Shown in pieces: positions 51,736-61,970 of a stretch of DNA of 64,000 nucleotides. The notes under the pieces are model-generated. The model did not search any database and was not told the DNA's origin. It saw nothing but the letters and a program-made list of their open reading frames with translations. The DNA is taken from IMG/VR virus record IMGVR_UViG_2974786931_000001, positions 64,001 to 128,000 of that record, one strand, 5' to 3'. Numbering within the stretch: the stretch's first letter is position 1; the number at the start of each line of letters is the position of its first letter. The stretch comes from a virus. Lineage: Duplodnaviria > Caudoviricetes. The position numbers were made by a program, and so were the translations under genes.

Positions 51736-53148
51736 TTAATAATAATCGTAAATGATGCCTAGTTCTAACGCAGTACGATGAACTATATAGCCATTACGGG
51801 ATTCTTGTACATCCACTTCTGGATAATCTTCCAACATATTAGCCAAGACTAAACGATGTTGATAATACGGTTTAGTAGGCTCGTCAATTTTCCAATTACC
51901 ACCTGATGCAGCAATTCTTTGAATTTCCATCATGACCCACCAACCACACCAGATGTAAGCTGAATTTCTTGATGGCAGTGGATGAATGTATACATCTATC
52001 GTTGGCTCAACAGAAGCAGTTTTAACAACAATTATGACTTCATTAGTGTCAGAACTATAATCGTTGTAATTCGGATTAGTAACAGTCAGCTTGCATACAA
52101 TTTCATATGAATCTGGGGTTGTATTACTAAAAACAAATTTATTTGAATCCGTTCCAGCCGCAGTACCATCTACGGTCCATTCATATTTAAATGTTGAACC
52201 AGATGGAGCATTAGCTACATTCACTGTTAATGTAGTCGATTGTTTAGTCGTGATAGTAAGCTTGTCTGTTACAAGAACAGCCATAGTCTGCTGATTAGCT
52301 TTTCCAATTGTTAATGAAACATCGTTGGATGTTTTAGTCGCAGGTGTATAATCAGGATGAATAGCTTCTAATGTACATGAATAAACAGCAGTGCCAACAT
52401 CTCCGGCTAATGCAGAATAAATCGGACCTTTGCCTGCACCAGTAATAGCCACACCACCTTTCTTCCAGATATAATCAACTAATCCACCAGCAGGAACACC
52501 ACTAGGAGTTGCAGTCAATGTAAATTGTTCACCATAGCTTACGGTTGATTTATCAGAAACGATAGTACAGCCTAAAGTCATAGTTTTCAAAGTAATTGTA
52601 ACAACGGCATCTTTAGTCAATACAGCCGTGGTATAATCTGTTGCAACAACCGTAGCTTCGCATTTTAAAGTGTAATTAGCTACATTAGCTTCAGTCACGC
52701 TAATTGTTTGAGCTGACTGCCCGGCAATTATGTTGTTATTTCGTTTCCATGCATAAGTAATTATTGCACCAACTGGAGCACCTGTTACAGTAGCCGTCAC
52801 AACAGTTGTTGCGCCAATTTCAGCATTCACTGCTGTTGGGCTTAATGCCAAAGTTGCGGTTATTGTTTTGTTACTAACAGTTAGTACTGTGGTATCATTT
52901 GCTGATTCAGTTGCACCGGCATCTGTAGGGGTATGTGTTGCTGTTACTGCAATATTCTTAGTTCCAGCTGGCCCAGTAATAGTATAATCTAAAGTAGAAG
53001 TAGTTGATGCTTGAGAAACACCATCAACTGTCCACACAAAAGAATCTGTTCCTGCACTTGCGGCTCCTGCAGTCGTTGCAGTGAATGTTTGGACTGCACC
53101 TATAACCCCGGTGGCTGGTTTTGGCGTTAGTACTACGGTATATGCCAT
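51736..53148 (-). CDS. hoc: Hoc head outer capsid protein with about four Ig-like domains
   Basis: Four Ig-like repeats with [FY]xW and Y.C motifs; C-terminal capsid-binding HPLP.R.SAYIW..WW and QESRNG. Confidence 0.95.
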   Translation of the reverse strand: MAYTVVLTPKPATGVIGAVQTFTATTAGAASAGTDSFVWTVDGVSQASTTSTLDYTITGPAGTKNIAVTATHTPTDAGATESANDTTVLTVSNKTITATLALSPTAVNAEIGATTVVTATVTGAPVGAIITYAWKRNNNIIAGQSAQTISVTEANVANYTLKCEATVVATDYTTAVLTKDAVVTITLKTMTLGCTIVSDKSTVSYGEQFTLTATPSGVPAGGLVDYIWKKGGVAITGAGKGPIYSALAGDVGTAVYSCTLEAIHPDYTPATKTSNDVSLTIGKANQQTMAVLVTDKLTITTKQSTTLTVNVANAPSGSTFKYEWTVDGTAAGTDSNKFVFSNTTPDSYEIVCKLTVTNPNYNDYSSDTNEVIIVVKTASVEPTIDVYIHPLPSRNSAYIWCGWWVMMEIQRIAASGGNWKIDEPTKPYYQHRLVLANMLEDYPEVDVQESRNGYIVHRTALELGIIYDYY

Positions 53149-53180
53149 TTTATTCTCCAAAAGGGCCCGAAGGCCCAGTA

Positions 53181-53885
53181 TTAACTAAGTGTAATGAAAC
53201 TTGAGTTTCTTGTTTCACGAATTATCACTTTACCATCACGTTTAATGTAATAAAGTAAACTTAACAAGGTATTATGGACTGACGCTTTAGGGAATGATTT
53301 AGGGTTAGAAGTCCAATCAGGATTCTTACTAATCCAATCATAAATCCAGAAAGGACATGTATAATAGCCTGGATTTTTTCCTATCAATATAATAGTAGGT
53401 GAAAAATTAGAAGGTAATTCATATTGAGTAGATGGCTCTTTAACTTCTGGAATAGGTTCAAGAACAATTTCTATTTCTGGTTCGATTACAACTTCTAATT
53501 CTTGGGTAGGTTCAATAACTTCGATTTTAATAGGGACATATTCTGGTTGTCTAACTTCAAATACTATTTCTTTTGATTCAACACTATCTGATACGCTATT
53601 AATTAATTCTTTAGCTTCATCTGAAGCTTCGTTAAACACTGCTTTGCCTTCGGCTTCGTCAACAGCTTGAATCAAATCGCCAATCATCAATCCTTCATTT
53701 TTCTCTGGCATTGGTTCACCACTAAGTTCAGACATTTTTTCACTTATATCTAATACTAAGTTGTCAAACGAGCGTGATTTTTTGACTTGGATATTAAATG
53801 ATTCTGCATATTCTATTAATTGACGTTTAGCTTCTTTTTGGTCTTCCAAAGCTTTCAATTCTGTAATAAAGTTCTTATCTATCAT
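53181..53885 (-). CDS. inh: Inh, prohead protease inhibitor
   Basis: KKSRSFDN, FSPT..LIG, LLSLLYYIKRDG.V.IRETRNS. Confidence 0.95.
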   Translation of the reverse strand: MIDKNFITELKALEDQKEAKRQLIEYAESFNIQVKKSRSFDNLVLDISEKMSELSGEPMPEKNEGLMIGDLIQAVDEAEGKAVFNEASDEAKELINSVSDSVESKEIVFEVRQPEYVPIKIEVIEPTQELEVVIEPEIEIVLEPIPEVKEPSTQYELPSNFSPTIILIGKNPGYYTCPFWIYDWISKNPDWTSNPKSFPKASVHNTLLSLLYYIKRDGKVIIRETRNSSFITLS

Positions 53886-53902
53886 GATATTCCTCTGGGG
53901 TG

Positions 53903-53924
53903 TATAAATATATATGTATTTATA
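53903..53924. promoter_or_regulatory. Late promoters for uvsW (+) and inh/hoc (-)
   Basis: TATAAATA at 53903-53910 (+) and 53924-53917 (-). Confidence 0.8.
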
Positions 53925-53957
53925 TCAAGAGATTTATTCTCAGAAAATTGGAAAATT

Positions 53958-55463
53958 ATGATGATAGACATCAATGTACGATTTCATGACTTTAGTTATG
54001 TAAAATTAGAATGTGACGAAGGTATCTTTTACGAGTTAAGAGATTTTTTCAGCTTTGAAGCCGATGGTTTTAAATTTAACCCAAAATTTAAATATGGACA
54101 GTGGGATGGGCGTATCCGTCTTTTAGGCTATGATAAATTACTACCTTATGGCCTGGCAGAACAAGTTAAAAAGTTTGCGGCTCAAATGGATTATAAAGTT
54201 TCATTTGATGAACAAATCTTCGATAAAGAAGATATATCTAGAGAAGATTTTGACACATGGGTTTCAAGTAAAACAATTTATTCTGGTACTAATGTTATTC
54301 AACCGCATTATTATCAAAGTGATTCTGTGTTTGAAGGTATTGTTAATCGTCGCCGCATTTTAAACCTTCCTACTTCAGCAGGTAAATCGCTTATTCAAGC
54401 TTTGTTAGCCAGATATTATGTCGAACATTATAAAGGTAAAATTTTAATAATTGTTCCGACTACTGCATTAGTTGACCAGATGATAAACGATTTTAAAGAT
54501 TATCGTTTGTTTGGCGCTAAACATATGCTTGGAATAAGAGCTGGTACTGCTCGTGATTCAGATGCAGTAATTTATGTTTCTACGTACCAAACAGCTATTA
54601 AACAGCCTAAAGAATGGTTTAACCAATTCGGTATGTTTATGAATGACGAATGTCATCTAGCTAATGGTAAGAGTATTTCAACAATAATTCAAGGTTTAAC
54701 TAACTGTATTTTTAAATTCGGATTGTCTGGTTCTTTAAAAGACGGCAAAGCCAACTTAATGCAATACATTGGTTCATTTGGTTCTATCTATAAGCCAGTT
54801 TCTACTGCACAATTAATGGAAGAAGGCCAAGTAACAGATTTAAATATCAATTCGATTTTCTTGCGTTATCCAGATGAATTGACAATTAAGATGAAAGGAA
54901 AGCCTTACCAAGATGAAATAAAAATCATCACCAAATACAGTAAGCGTAATTTATTCGTGACTAACTTAGCTGTTAAATTAGCTAAGAAAAAAGAAAACGT
55001 ATTTTTGATGTTTAAAAATATAGCTCACGGTAAAGACCTTTTTGAAAAGATTAAAGCAACTGGTCATGAAAAGGTATATTATGTTTCTGGCGAAGTAGAT
55101 ACTGAAACACGAAATGCTTTGAAAGTAATGGCAGAAAATGGAACAGGCATTATTGTTGTAGCGAGTTATGGCGTGTTCTCGACAGGTATCTCTGTTAAGA
55201 ATCTTCATCATATTATTTTTGCTCATCCTGTAAAATCAAAAATCATTGTACTTCAAACAATTGGGCGTGTTCTTCGTAAACATGAATCTAAAGAAACAGC
55301 TACAGTATGGGACATCATAGATGATGCTGGTGTTAAACCTAAATCTGCTAATGCTAAAAAGAAATATGTCCATTTGAATTATGCATTAAAACATGCTTTG
55401 GAACGTATTCAGCGTTATGCAGAAGAGAAATTTAACTATGTGATGAAAACTGTGCAATTATGA
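53958..55463 (+). CDS. uvsW: UvsW SF2 helicase
   Basis: LPTSAGKS, DECH, GLSGS, QTIGRVLR; start moved to 53958. Confidence 0.97.
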   Translation: MMIDINVRFHDFSYVKLECDEGIFYELRDFFSFEADGFKFNPKFKYGQWDGRIRLLGYDKLLPYGLAEQVKKFAAQMDYKVSFDEQIFDKEDISREDFDTWVSSKTIYSGTNVIQPHYYQSDSVFEGIVNRRRILNLPTSAGKSLIQALLARYYVEHYKGKILIIVPTTALVDQMINDFKDYRLFGAKHMLGIRAGTARDSDAVIYVSTYQTAIKQPKEWFNQFGMFMNDECHLANGKSISTIIQGLTNCIFKFGLSGSLKDGKANLMQYIGSFGSIYKPVSTAQLMEEGQVTDLNINSIFLRYPDELTIKMKGKPYQDEIKIITKYSKRNLFVTNLAVKLAKKKENVFLMFKNIAHGKDLFEKIKATGHEKVYYVSGEVDTETRNALKVMAENGTGIIVVASYGVFSTGISVKNLHHIIFAHPVKSKIIVLQTIGRVLRKHESKETATVWDIIDDAGVKPKSANAKKKYVHLNYALKHALERIQRYAEEKFNYVMKTVQL

Positions 55464-55819
55464 TTTTTATTCTTTTAATTGCATTCCAAATAAAACACTT
55501 CTTATGTGATTACCCATTGCAAAATGAGTACATGTTAAAAAAGATAAATACATCAAAGTGGGTATTGCCATTAATGAGCCATGCTTTAATTCACGCTTTA
55601 GGCACATTTATAATAGCAATTTTCTTTGGGTTTCCTATAGCATTATTAGTAGCGGCTATCGATTTTATTTGTCATTTTGTTATAGATAGAATAAAAGCTA
55701 ATTCATCGAGAAAAACTAGTATATCTGAATCTAAGTTTTGGTCTTATTTAGGATTAGACCAAGCAGCACACCACTTAACTCATTATACCATTATTGCAAT
55801 ATTAATAGGACTACTATGA
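55460..55819 (+). CDS. DUF3307-like integral membrane protein
   Basis: H...D..LQ, H...H, H...D..K and GLDQ..H pattern with hydrophobic helices; ATGA-coupled at both ends. Confidence 0.75.
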   Translation: MIFILLIAFQIKHFLCDYPLQNEYMLKKINTSKWVLPLMSHALIHALGTFIIAIFFGFPIALLVAAIDFICHFVIDRIKANSSRKTSISESKFWSYLGLDQAAHHLTHYTIIAILIGLL

Positions 55820-56049
55820 TTAAGCCATTTAAAGAAATTTTACAAGAAGCTTCAATTGAAGCTTTTATGTCTAAAGTCAATTCATGCCAAACACTTGACG
55901 GCCTTGACGAATTAGATAAGTATTACAAAAAACGTATTAAGGACGCTGAATTGGCAGATTCTGATGATATCACTGTTCGTGATGCATTGGCTGGCCGTCG
56001 TCTTGAACTAGATGTTGAAGAAGACGATGGCGAAGAGGAAGAGTTTTAA
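55816..56049 (+). CDS. uvsW.1: UvsW.1
   Basis: EASIEAFMSK..SCQTLDGL.EL.KYY.KR, DDI.VRDALAG. Confidence 0.93.
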   Translation: MIKPFKEILQEASIEAFMSKVNSCQTLDGLDELDKYYKKRIKDAELADSDDITVRDALAGRRLELDVEEDDGEEEEF

Positions 56050-56053
56050 TACT

Positions 56054-56077
56054 AAAAAGCCCTCTTGCGAGGGCTTT
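56054..56077. terminator. Bidirectional terminator
   Basis: AAAAAGCCCTC-TTGC-GAGGGCTTT. Confidence 0.85.
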
Positions 56078-56079
56078 AA

Positions 56080-56244
56080 TTACATTAACAATTGCACTTC
56101 ATTTAATTCTTGTTCTGAACTTTCTGAAACAGGAATCTGACATGCAAAATTATAGCAAGGCCCAGGATGTACAGGACCATTGTCTGATTCGACTACCAAA
56201 GCATCATCGATTGGAGTCTTGCAGACAACACATATATGACTCAT
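56080..56244 (-). CDS. uvsY.-2: UvsY.-2 small protein, 54 aa (absent from the ORF track)
   Basis: SD AGGAG; MSHICVVCKTPIDDALVVESDNGPVHPGPC. Confidence 0.9.
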   Translation of the reverse strand: MSHICVVCKTPIDDALVVESDNGPVHPGPCYNFACQIPVSESSEQELNEVQLLM

Positions 56245-56278
56245 ATTGTCTCCTTAGTTATGTGTATTTATTACTTAA

Positions 56279-56686
56279 TTATTTACCTGATTCAAGTGAA
56301 CGAATGTCAATCATTGCTTTAATAGCAAAGCCGCGTCCTTTGACTGCATCAATTCCTTTACTGCAGAATTCAAGCATTATCCCCCAATACTGAAAATGTG
56401 TCTCTAACTTAAGAATAGAGTCATCTGCATGCATAACAGTTTTCAATTCAGATTTGTCATATTGTATCATTGACACTTCATCTGAACGGCCAGTATAAAA
56501 ATCCAATCTATCTTTTAAAGCATTTTTCTTACGAGCTTCAATGGCTAACATTTCTTTTCGGCATGCCGAATGGTACCGAATCCACTTACTATAAATCTTT
56601 GGATTGTTAGCAGCTTCGTACTGAAGTTTTGTCCCATCAATTTCCATATCTGCATCTAATTCAACTTGCAAATCTTCTAATTTCAT
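56279..56686 (-). CDS. uvsY: UvsY recombination mediator
   Basis: MKLEDLQ.EL..D, KLQYEAANNP..YSKW, RGFAIK. Confidence 0.95.
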   Translation of the reverse strand: MKLEDLQVELDADMEIDGTKLQYEAANNPKIYSKWIRYHSACRKEMLAIEARKKNALKDRLDFYTGRSDEVSMIQYDKSELKTVMHADDSILKLETHFQYWGIMLEFCSKGIDAVKGRGFAIKAMIDIRSLESGK

Positions 56687-56734
56687 AATAATCCTATTGT
56701 TAACCAACCAAAGTTATTGTAAGAACCTGAATTC

Positions 56735-56760
56735 ATTATACCATGTAAAAAAATAAGCAT
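56735..56760 (-). promoter_or_regulatory. Middle promoter for uvsY
   Basis: ATGCTTATTTTTTTACATGGTATAAT (MotA box plus -10). Confidence 0.88.
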
Positions 56761-57158
56761 TATCGGCTTTGCAGTTGAACTTTGATTTGTTCAATAGTAT
56801 CAGGGTTATCAACTATGCTAAAATAAATTGATACAATTAAAACGTTGTCATCATACACTGGAGTGACTTCAACATTTAATTTATCTATGCGAGGTTCATA
56901 ACTTCTAACTGAAGCTACAATACCACGTTGAATAGTGTCCGCTGTTAGCGGCGTCATGTTCTCGAACAACTCGTCTGATAGATTACATCCAAAGTCAGGC
57001 ATAAACGCCCTCTCGCCTTTCCTGGTGGTAATAATGCCAAGTAAAGAGTTCTTTACGGCCCTAAGGCCGGTTATCTTGCCTATATCTTTGTCCCAATTTA
57101 TCCCTAATGTAGGGTCTAAATCTGTATAAAGCACATTTATCGTTTTATTTTCGCTCAT
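56760..57158 (-). CDS. 25: gp25 baseplate wedge / sheath initiator
   Basis: VKNSLLGIITTRKG.R.F.PDFGC, YEPRI. Confidence 0.97.
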   Translation of the reverse strand: MSENKTINVLYTDLDPTLGINWDKDIGKITGLRAVKNSLLGIITTRKGERAFMPDFGCNLSDELFENMTPLTADTIQRGIVASVRSYEPRIDKLNVEVTPVYDDNVLIVSIYFSIVDNPDTIEQIKVQLQSR

Positions 57159-57778
57159 AGTATCTCCATGAAGCTTTTAAGACCACTAATCAGTTTCACT
57201 GAGCTTTCGCCACACTTACATACTATAGGCAAAGCAATATATGCTTCAGCTTTAGTTAATTTAGCCGAGATTTCTGATATCATTTCAATAGTGATAAAAT
57301 TATACAGGTCTTGTATTTCTACATCAGTTAAATCTTCTATTTTAACTTCTTCTTTATCTATCAATAAGAAATCAATACAACCAAATACCATATTAATAAC
57401 ATTTTCGTTATCAAATAGCTTAGGTTGTTTAAATTTAATTTTAAATTGTCCAAAGTCATGCCAAGTATCTTCAAGTTCAGGATACTGGATAGAATTTATA
57501 GAAATAGGGACATCAATCTTATTACCACATGTACAAACATGTGTAGATATAAAGTTAACATCACCTAAAGAATATGCCCATAGTTTAATTAAAACTACTT
57601 CGGCTTCAACTTTAGACAATTCAGATGCATTTGAACATTTTTTAATCAAGTCTAAAACAACATCCTTGACTTTACCATCGGCTTTAGCTTTCAGTAAATC
57701 TCTGTACTCTTCTAAAGTAAAAGCCCGGCATTTAATTGTTTTATCTTTAAGCGATACATCAAAAGTGTAATTGTACAT
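57155..57778 (-). CDS. 26: gp26 baseplate hub assembly protein
   Basis: CRAFTLEEY, CTCG, CKCG, GLKSF. Confidence 0.93.
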   Translation of the reverse strand: MYNYTFDVSLKDKTIKCRAFTLEEYRDLLKAKADGKVKDVVLDLIKKCSNASELSKVEAEVVLIKLWAYSLGDVNFISTHVCTCGNKIDVPISINSIQYPELEDTWHDFGQFKIKFKQPKLFDNENVINMVFGCIDFLLIDKEEVKIEDLTDVEIQDLYNFITIEMISEISAKLTKAEAYIALPIVCKCGESSVKLISGLKSFMEIL

Positions 57779-57797
57779 AAATACCTCTAGTTTAACT

Positions 57798-57809
57798 TAT
57801 TTATAAATA
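57798..57809. promoter_or_regulatory. Overlapping divergent late promoters for genes 26 and 51
   Basis: Palindrome TATTTATAAATA. Confidence 0.85.
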
Positions 57810-57825
57810 GAATAAAGGAGAGACC

Positions 57826-58575
57826 ATGGCCAATATAGTCAGATGTAAATTACCCTCCGGAATTAGTCGTCTTAAGCCTTTTACAGTTCAAGACTATAGA
57901 GACATTTTGTTAATTAGGACAGAATTAGCCAGTAAAACTTCTGATGAGCAAACAGAACTTGTTAATGAAATGCTTGCAGATTATTTTTCTGAATATCCGG
58001 AATCATATCGTCCACACATATTTTTAAAAACGTTTAGTACCTCAATCGGTAAAACTAGACTCCCGGTTCAATGGTCTTGTGCCACATGCAATAAAGTAGC
58101 TAAGACATTATTGAATATTGGTATTGAAGAACTTAAAAATCCGGTAATAGAAACATGTGGTGTAAAAATTAACTTTAAATTTCCTGAGATTTACGAACCA
58201 GACCCAGTGAAATTTATAAATGAGAATATCTATTCCATAGATGATGGAACTATTCATCTATGGACTGAACTATCTGAAGATGATAAATTGGCTGTTATAG
58301 ATGCTATCACTTTAGAAGCAATCGAACAACTACTTAAACAAATACATCCAATTTATATCGAAATAAAAATGAATTGTTGTGAATCAAAAACAGTGACTTA
58401 CACAAATATAAAAGATGTGTTTAACTTACTTTTAAATCCTGACGAAGTGTTTTCATTTTACCAGACAAATCATGTGTTGACTAAGAGCCATTATGATTTA
58501 AATAGCGTTATGAAAATGATTCCTATAGAACGAACCATTGCTTTATCTCTTATTGAGAAGGATAATAAAAAATGA
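57826..58575 (+). CDS. 51: gp51 baseplate hub assembly protein
   Basis: [35 protein letters not shown]. Confidence 0.93.
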   Translation: MANIVRCKLPSGISRLKPFTVQDYRDILLIRTELASKTSDEQTELVNEMLADYFSEYPESYRPHIFLKTFSTSIGKTRLPVQWSCATCNKVAKTLLNIGIEELKNPVIETCGVKINFKFPEIYEPDPVKFINENIYSIDDGTIHLWTELSEDDKLAVIDAITLEAIEQLLKQIHPIYIEIKMNCCESKTVTYTNIKDVFNLLLNPDEVFSFYQTNHVLTKSHYDLNSVMKMIPIERTIALSLIEKDNKK

Positions 58576-59711
58576 TGCAACGCGAAGGTTATCCTAATAT
58601 AAGTGTGAAACTATATGAGGACTATGTTGCCTGGACTGAAAACAGATTTTTAGAATTAGCTGCAACATTTACTACTCTTACTATGCGAGATGGATTATAT
58701 GGAATTAACGAAGGCATCCTTCAATTTTATGATAACCAAAATCTGCATACTAAATTAACTGGTAATGAAATAATTCAGATATCAGTGGCTAACTCAAATA
58801 GTAAACAATTTCAAACAAGAATTTATGGTAATAAGCATGGCGCAGTTGGTGTTGACTCTAAAGGCGATAATATAATTGCAATCCAGCTAGACACTATCCA
58901 TAATATAGAAAATTTAAAATTTGGACGTACTTTCTTTAATAGTGCTGGCGAAAGTATCACAGAAATGATCGGCGCGATTTATCAAGATAGATTATTAATA
59001 GCTCCACCTATAAACGATATAAACATTTATGTGCCTAAATTGCCATGGACTTCAACGATAACCAAATATCTTGATTACGTTCGTGATGTTGGCCTAGCTA
59101 TAGATTCTGATGAATTTGTTTTCGTATGGGAAGATATTAGTGGTATAAACATGATGGATTATTCTGGCATGCTTAACCAAGATATAACTCCGATGATTGT
59201 TGGCGAACCTAAACAAATAGGCCAATACGTAGGCGAGATGCCTGTTCCATTAGCATGGGACTTTGAATGGATGACTAAAACTAATCAAAGCGTAGATAAC
59301 CCAATTGCTAATGCTACGATATATGCCCATTCATTTTTAGATAACGACTTGACTAAAATAGTAAATGGCACAGGTCATAACTCTATATTGGTTTCTCGTT
59401 CAGGTGGTTATTCTGAAATGATTTATAGGAATGGATATGAAGAAGCCTTACGTATAGGCACAATGGCACAATATGATGCCTATGCCAAATGTAAAATTAT
59501 GGGTAATTTTGAAATTCGTCCTGGGATGAAAATACAATTCAAAGATACTAAAAATCAGTTCACCACATATTTTTATGTTGATGAAGTCATCCACGAATTA
59601 TCCAATAATGCTGCCGTAACTAATTTGTATATGTTCACTAATAGCAAAATACTTAATCCTGTAGAACCTATTAAGGTAAAAAATGAACTTAAAACTAGTA
59701 CTACCAATTAA
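58572..59711 (+). CDS. 27: gp27 baseplate hub
   Basis: [27 protein letters not shown]. Confidence 0.95.
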   Translation: MMQREGYPNISVKLYEDYVAWTENRFLELAATFTTLTMRDGLYGINEGILQFYDNQNLHTKLTGNEIIQISVANSNSKQFQTRIYGNKHGAVGVDSKGDNIIAIQLDTIHNIENLKFGRTFFNSAGESITEMIGAIYQDRLLIAPPINDINIYVPKLPWTSTITKYLDYVRDVGLAIDSDEFVFVWEDISGINMMDYSGMLNQDITPMIVGEPKQIGQYVGEMPVPLAWDFEWMTKTNQSVDNPIANATIYAHSFLDNDLTKIVNGTGHNSILVSRSGGYSEMIYRNGYEEALRIGTMAQYDAYAKCKIMGNFEIRPGMKIQFKDTKNQFTTYFYVDEVIHELSNNAAVTNLYMFTNSKILNPVEPIKVKNELKTSTTN

Positions 59712-60207
59712 AAAAATACAGGTCAATGATAAAACTATTTCTGTGCCTAAATTTGGTGTAAAACAACACAATATTCTTAATTCAGTAAAAGCTGCTGAAT
59801 CTCATTTAAGAGATTTACTTCAAAGCATTAGTCCAGGTTTAACAGCTCCTGAAGGTGAATTAGTATTATTGCATGTTCTCCAATTTAATGGACGATTAAA
59901 AGACAAAGAAATTGAAGGCCACACATATTCTGTAGATGATGTCGTTATTAGACAAATATTGACCCATCAATTCCAAGGTAATGTATTTAAATTTAAATCA
60001 CCACAACCGTTCGAGACATTTGCATCTATTGACCAAATGTTATCTGAATTATTGGTATCCGTTAATGACGAAAAGGTTGATGTTGATTTTATGAAAATGC
60101 CAGCATTTGTTTCTAAATGGGCCGACCAAATAACATATGGCATAGCTTTAGATACTCACCGTGGAACTATAAAAGGATTAACAAATATTTTAGGATTATT
60201 TGAATGA
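59683..60207 (+). CDS. 28: gp28 baseplate hub protein
   Basis: [19 protein letters not shown]; synteny. Confidence 0.9.
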   Translation: MNLKLVLPIKKIQVNDKTISVPKFGVKQHNILNSVKAAESHLRDLLQSISPGLTAPEGELVLLHVLQFNGRLKDKEIEGHTYSVDDVVIRQILTHQFQGNVFKFKSPQPFETFASIDQMLSELLVSVNDEKVDVDFMKMPAFVSKWADQITYGIALDTHRGTIKGLTNILGLFE

Positions 60208-61961
60208 AACAACCTAGCCAACAAAATAGTTTCCGTCGTAAGGTAATAGAAGATAGTAAACCAGAACGTGATGCGGCTTCGGCCGCTAATTCACAAAGTA
60301 TGACTTTAGATAGCATTGATTCTAAATTATCTGATGTCCAAGCCGCCTCTGAACTTACCAGTGAAGTCGTAGAGACGAAAACGGATCAGTTAATAGATAC
60401 AATTGGGCACCTTGAAGGAAGTGTTCAGGATGTCCAGGCAGCTTCAGAATTAGCTGTTGATGCGATAGGAGATAGTAATAGCTACTTAAAAAGTATTGAT
60501 ACGGTTTCACAAGCTATTAATGCTAAATTAGCACAACTAACATCTATGTTAGAAGCCAAATTTGGCGATCAACTAGCTCCATTAAATGCTCCTAACCCTG
60601 TGTCTGGCGCATTACCTGAACCAGTTCCAGTAGTTTTGCCTGAAGATTTTATAGGTCCAATGCTACCGTCTGTTCCTGATACAGACCCTAATGAAGAAGT
60701 TCTTCCTGAACCTCCACGTAGAGAACCTGAATCAGAACCTGAGGAAGATAAAAAATCAAGTTCTGATGGCGATGAAAAAAATACATTAGCTGAAAAATTA
60801 GACTTATTAATTAAAACCACACAATCAGGCTTTAAAACAGCGGTTGGATATTCTGATAAAATTTCTAATATGCTATTTAAATTCACAATATCCGCGATAG
60901 CACAAGCTGCTAAAACGGCTGCAATGATATTAGGTATTATATTAGCAATAGATGTTATTAAAGCTAACTTTACCTTTTGGGCCGAAAAGTTCAGTTCTAA
61001 TTTTACTGAATTCGCCGAACGAGCTAAAGAATGGGGACCTTTAATAGAATCAGTTGTTGGCATGATTAGAAATATAAGCGATGCATGGAATAGTGACGAT
61101 CCGTTTGGTATCATTAAAGCTATTGCTTTTGGCTTAAGTGATATCACTAAACAACTTGCCGATTTGTTAGGGCTTGCAGTAGCTAAATTGACCGCAGGAA
61201 TTCTCAGAGCTTTAGGATTTAATGATAAAGCCGATGCACTTGAAGGTAGTTATTTAAAAGGTTATCAAGATAGAACTGGTGCTGTTATGAGCGAAGGACA
61301 TCAGAAGTTTCAGAAGTTAATAGCTAAAGCTGATAACCAAAAGATTAAAGACGAGCATGATACAACAGCATATGATCAATTTAAAGGCATGGACCAAAGA
61401 GGATACGATCAAGCCTATAAAAATGGTTCTATGAGCAAAGATACATATGAAGCATTATCTAAAGGTGAAGCTAAAGCTAGTGACCCATTACAAGGCTTAA
61501 GTGAAGAAGAACGTCTTAATGTAATCGTCAAACGAAATGAAGCTCAGGCAGCTATTAATCGTACTAAAGATTATGCTACTAAAATTGGCCCTAATAACGA
61601 AAGAGAAGTTAATTCGTTAAACAAAGCTTTAGCGGATATTAAATCTAGATTAGATGACCCTGAAATTTCTAAAATTCCAGAATCTAAATCGGATTTAACT
61701 CGTCAATTTGATGAATTAAATAATAAGACATCAGCTAATAAATTAAAACCTGCGCCTATTGCAGAAAATCAAGAGGTTCAAACAACTAAGCGCGTAGCCG
61801 AATTACAAAAACAGAATGACACGCAATCTGTTAATAAAGGTGCTACACAAAACACAGTTGTCCAAGCTAATACGACCAATACCAGTCGTACAATGTACAA
61901 TATGCCTCCAACAACTAATATTCCTGCGCCAGGTATGAGAGCAGCATTAGGAACAAATTAA
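60204..61961 (+). CDS. 29: gp29 tape measure / hub protein
   Basis: SFRRKVIE, DVQAASEL, DKISNMLFKFT, PAPGM. Confidence 0.93.
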   Translation: MKQPSQQNSFRRKVIEDSKPERDAASAANSQSMTLDSIDSKLSDVQAASELTSEVVETKTDQLIDTIGHLEGSVQDVQAASELAVDAIGDSNSYLKSIDTVSQAINAKLAQLTSMLEAKFGDQLAPLNAPNPVSGALPEPVPVVLPEDFIGPMLPSVPDTDPNEEVLPEPPRREPESEPEEDKKSSSDGDEKNTLAEKLDLLIKTTQSGFKTAVGYSDKISNMLFKFTISAIAQAAKTAAMILGIILAIDVIKANFTFWAEKFSSNFTEFAERAKEWGPLIESVVGMIRNISDAWNSDDPFGIIKAIAFGLSDITKQLADLLGLAVAKLTAGILRALGFNDKADALEGSYLKGYQDRTGAVMSEGHQKFQKLIAKADNQKIKDEHDTTAYDQFKGMDQRGYDQAYKNGSMSKDTYEALSKGEAKASDPLQGLSEEERLNVIVKRNEAQAAINRTKDYATKIGPNNEREVNSLNKALADIKSRLDDPEISKIPESKSDLTRQFDELNNKTSANKLKPAPIAENQEVQTTKRVAELQKQNDTQSVNKGATQNTVVQANTTNTSRTMYNMPPTTNIPAPGMRAALGTN

Positions 61962-61970
61962 GGAATACCA

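Noticed and set aside
57168-61147. 200-aa and 192-aa antisense ORFs over genes 26 and 29
   Set aside because: They mirror conserved genes codon for codon and show no independent signals.
61302-61319. Short tandem duplication CAGAAGTTT-CAGAAGTTA in gene 29
   Set aside because: It is in frame and only three codons; too small to interpret.
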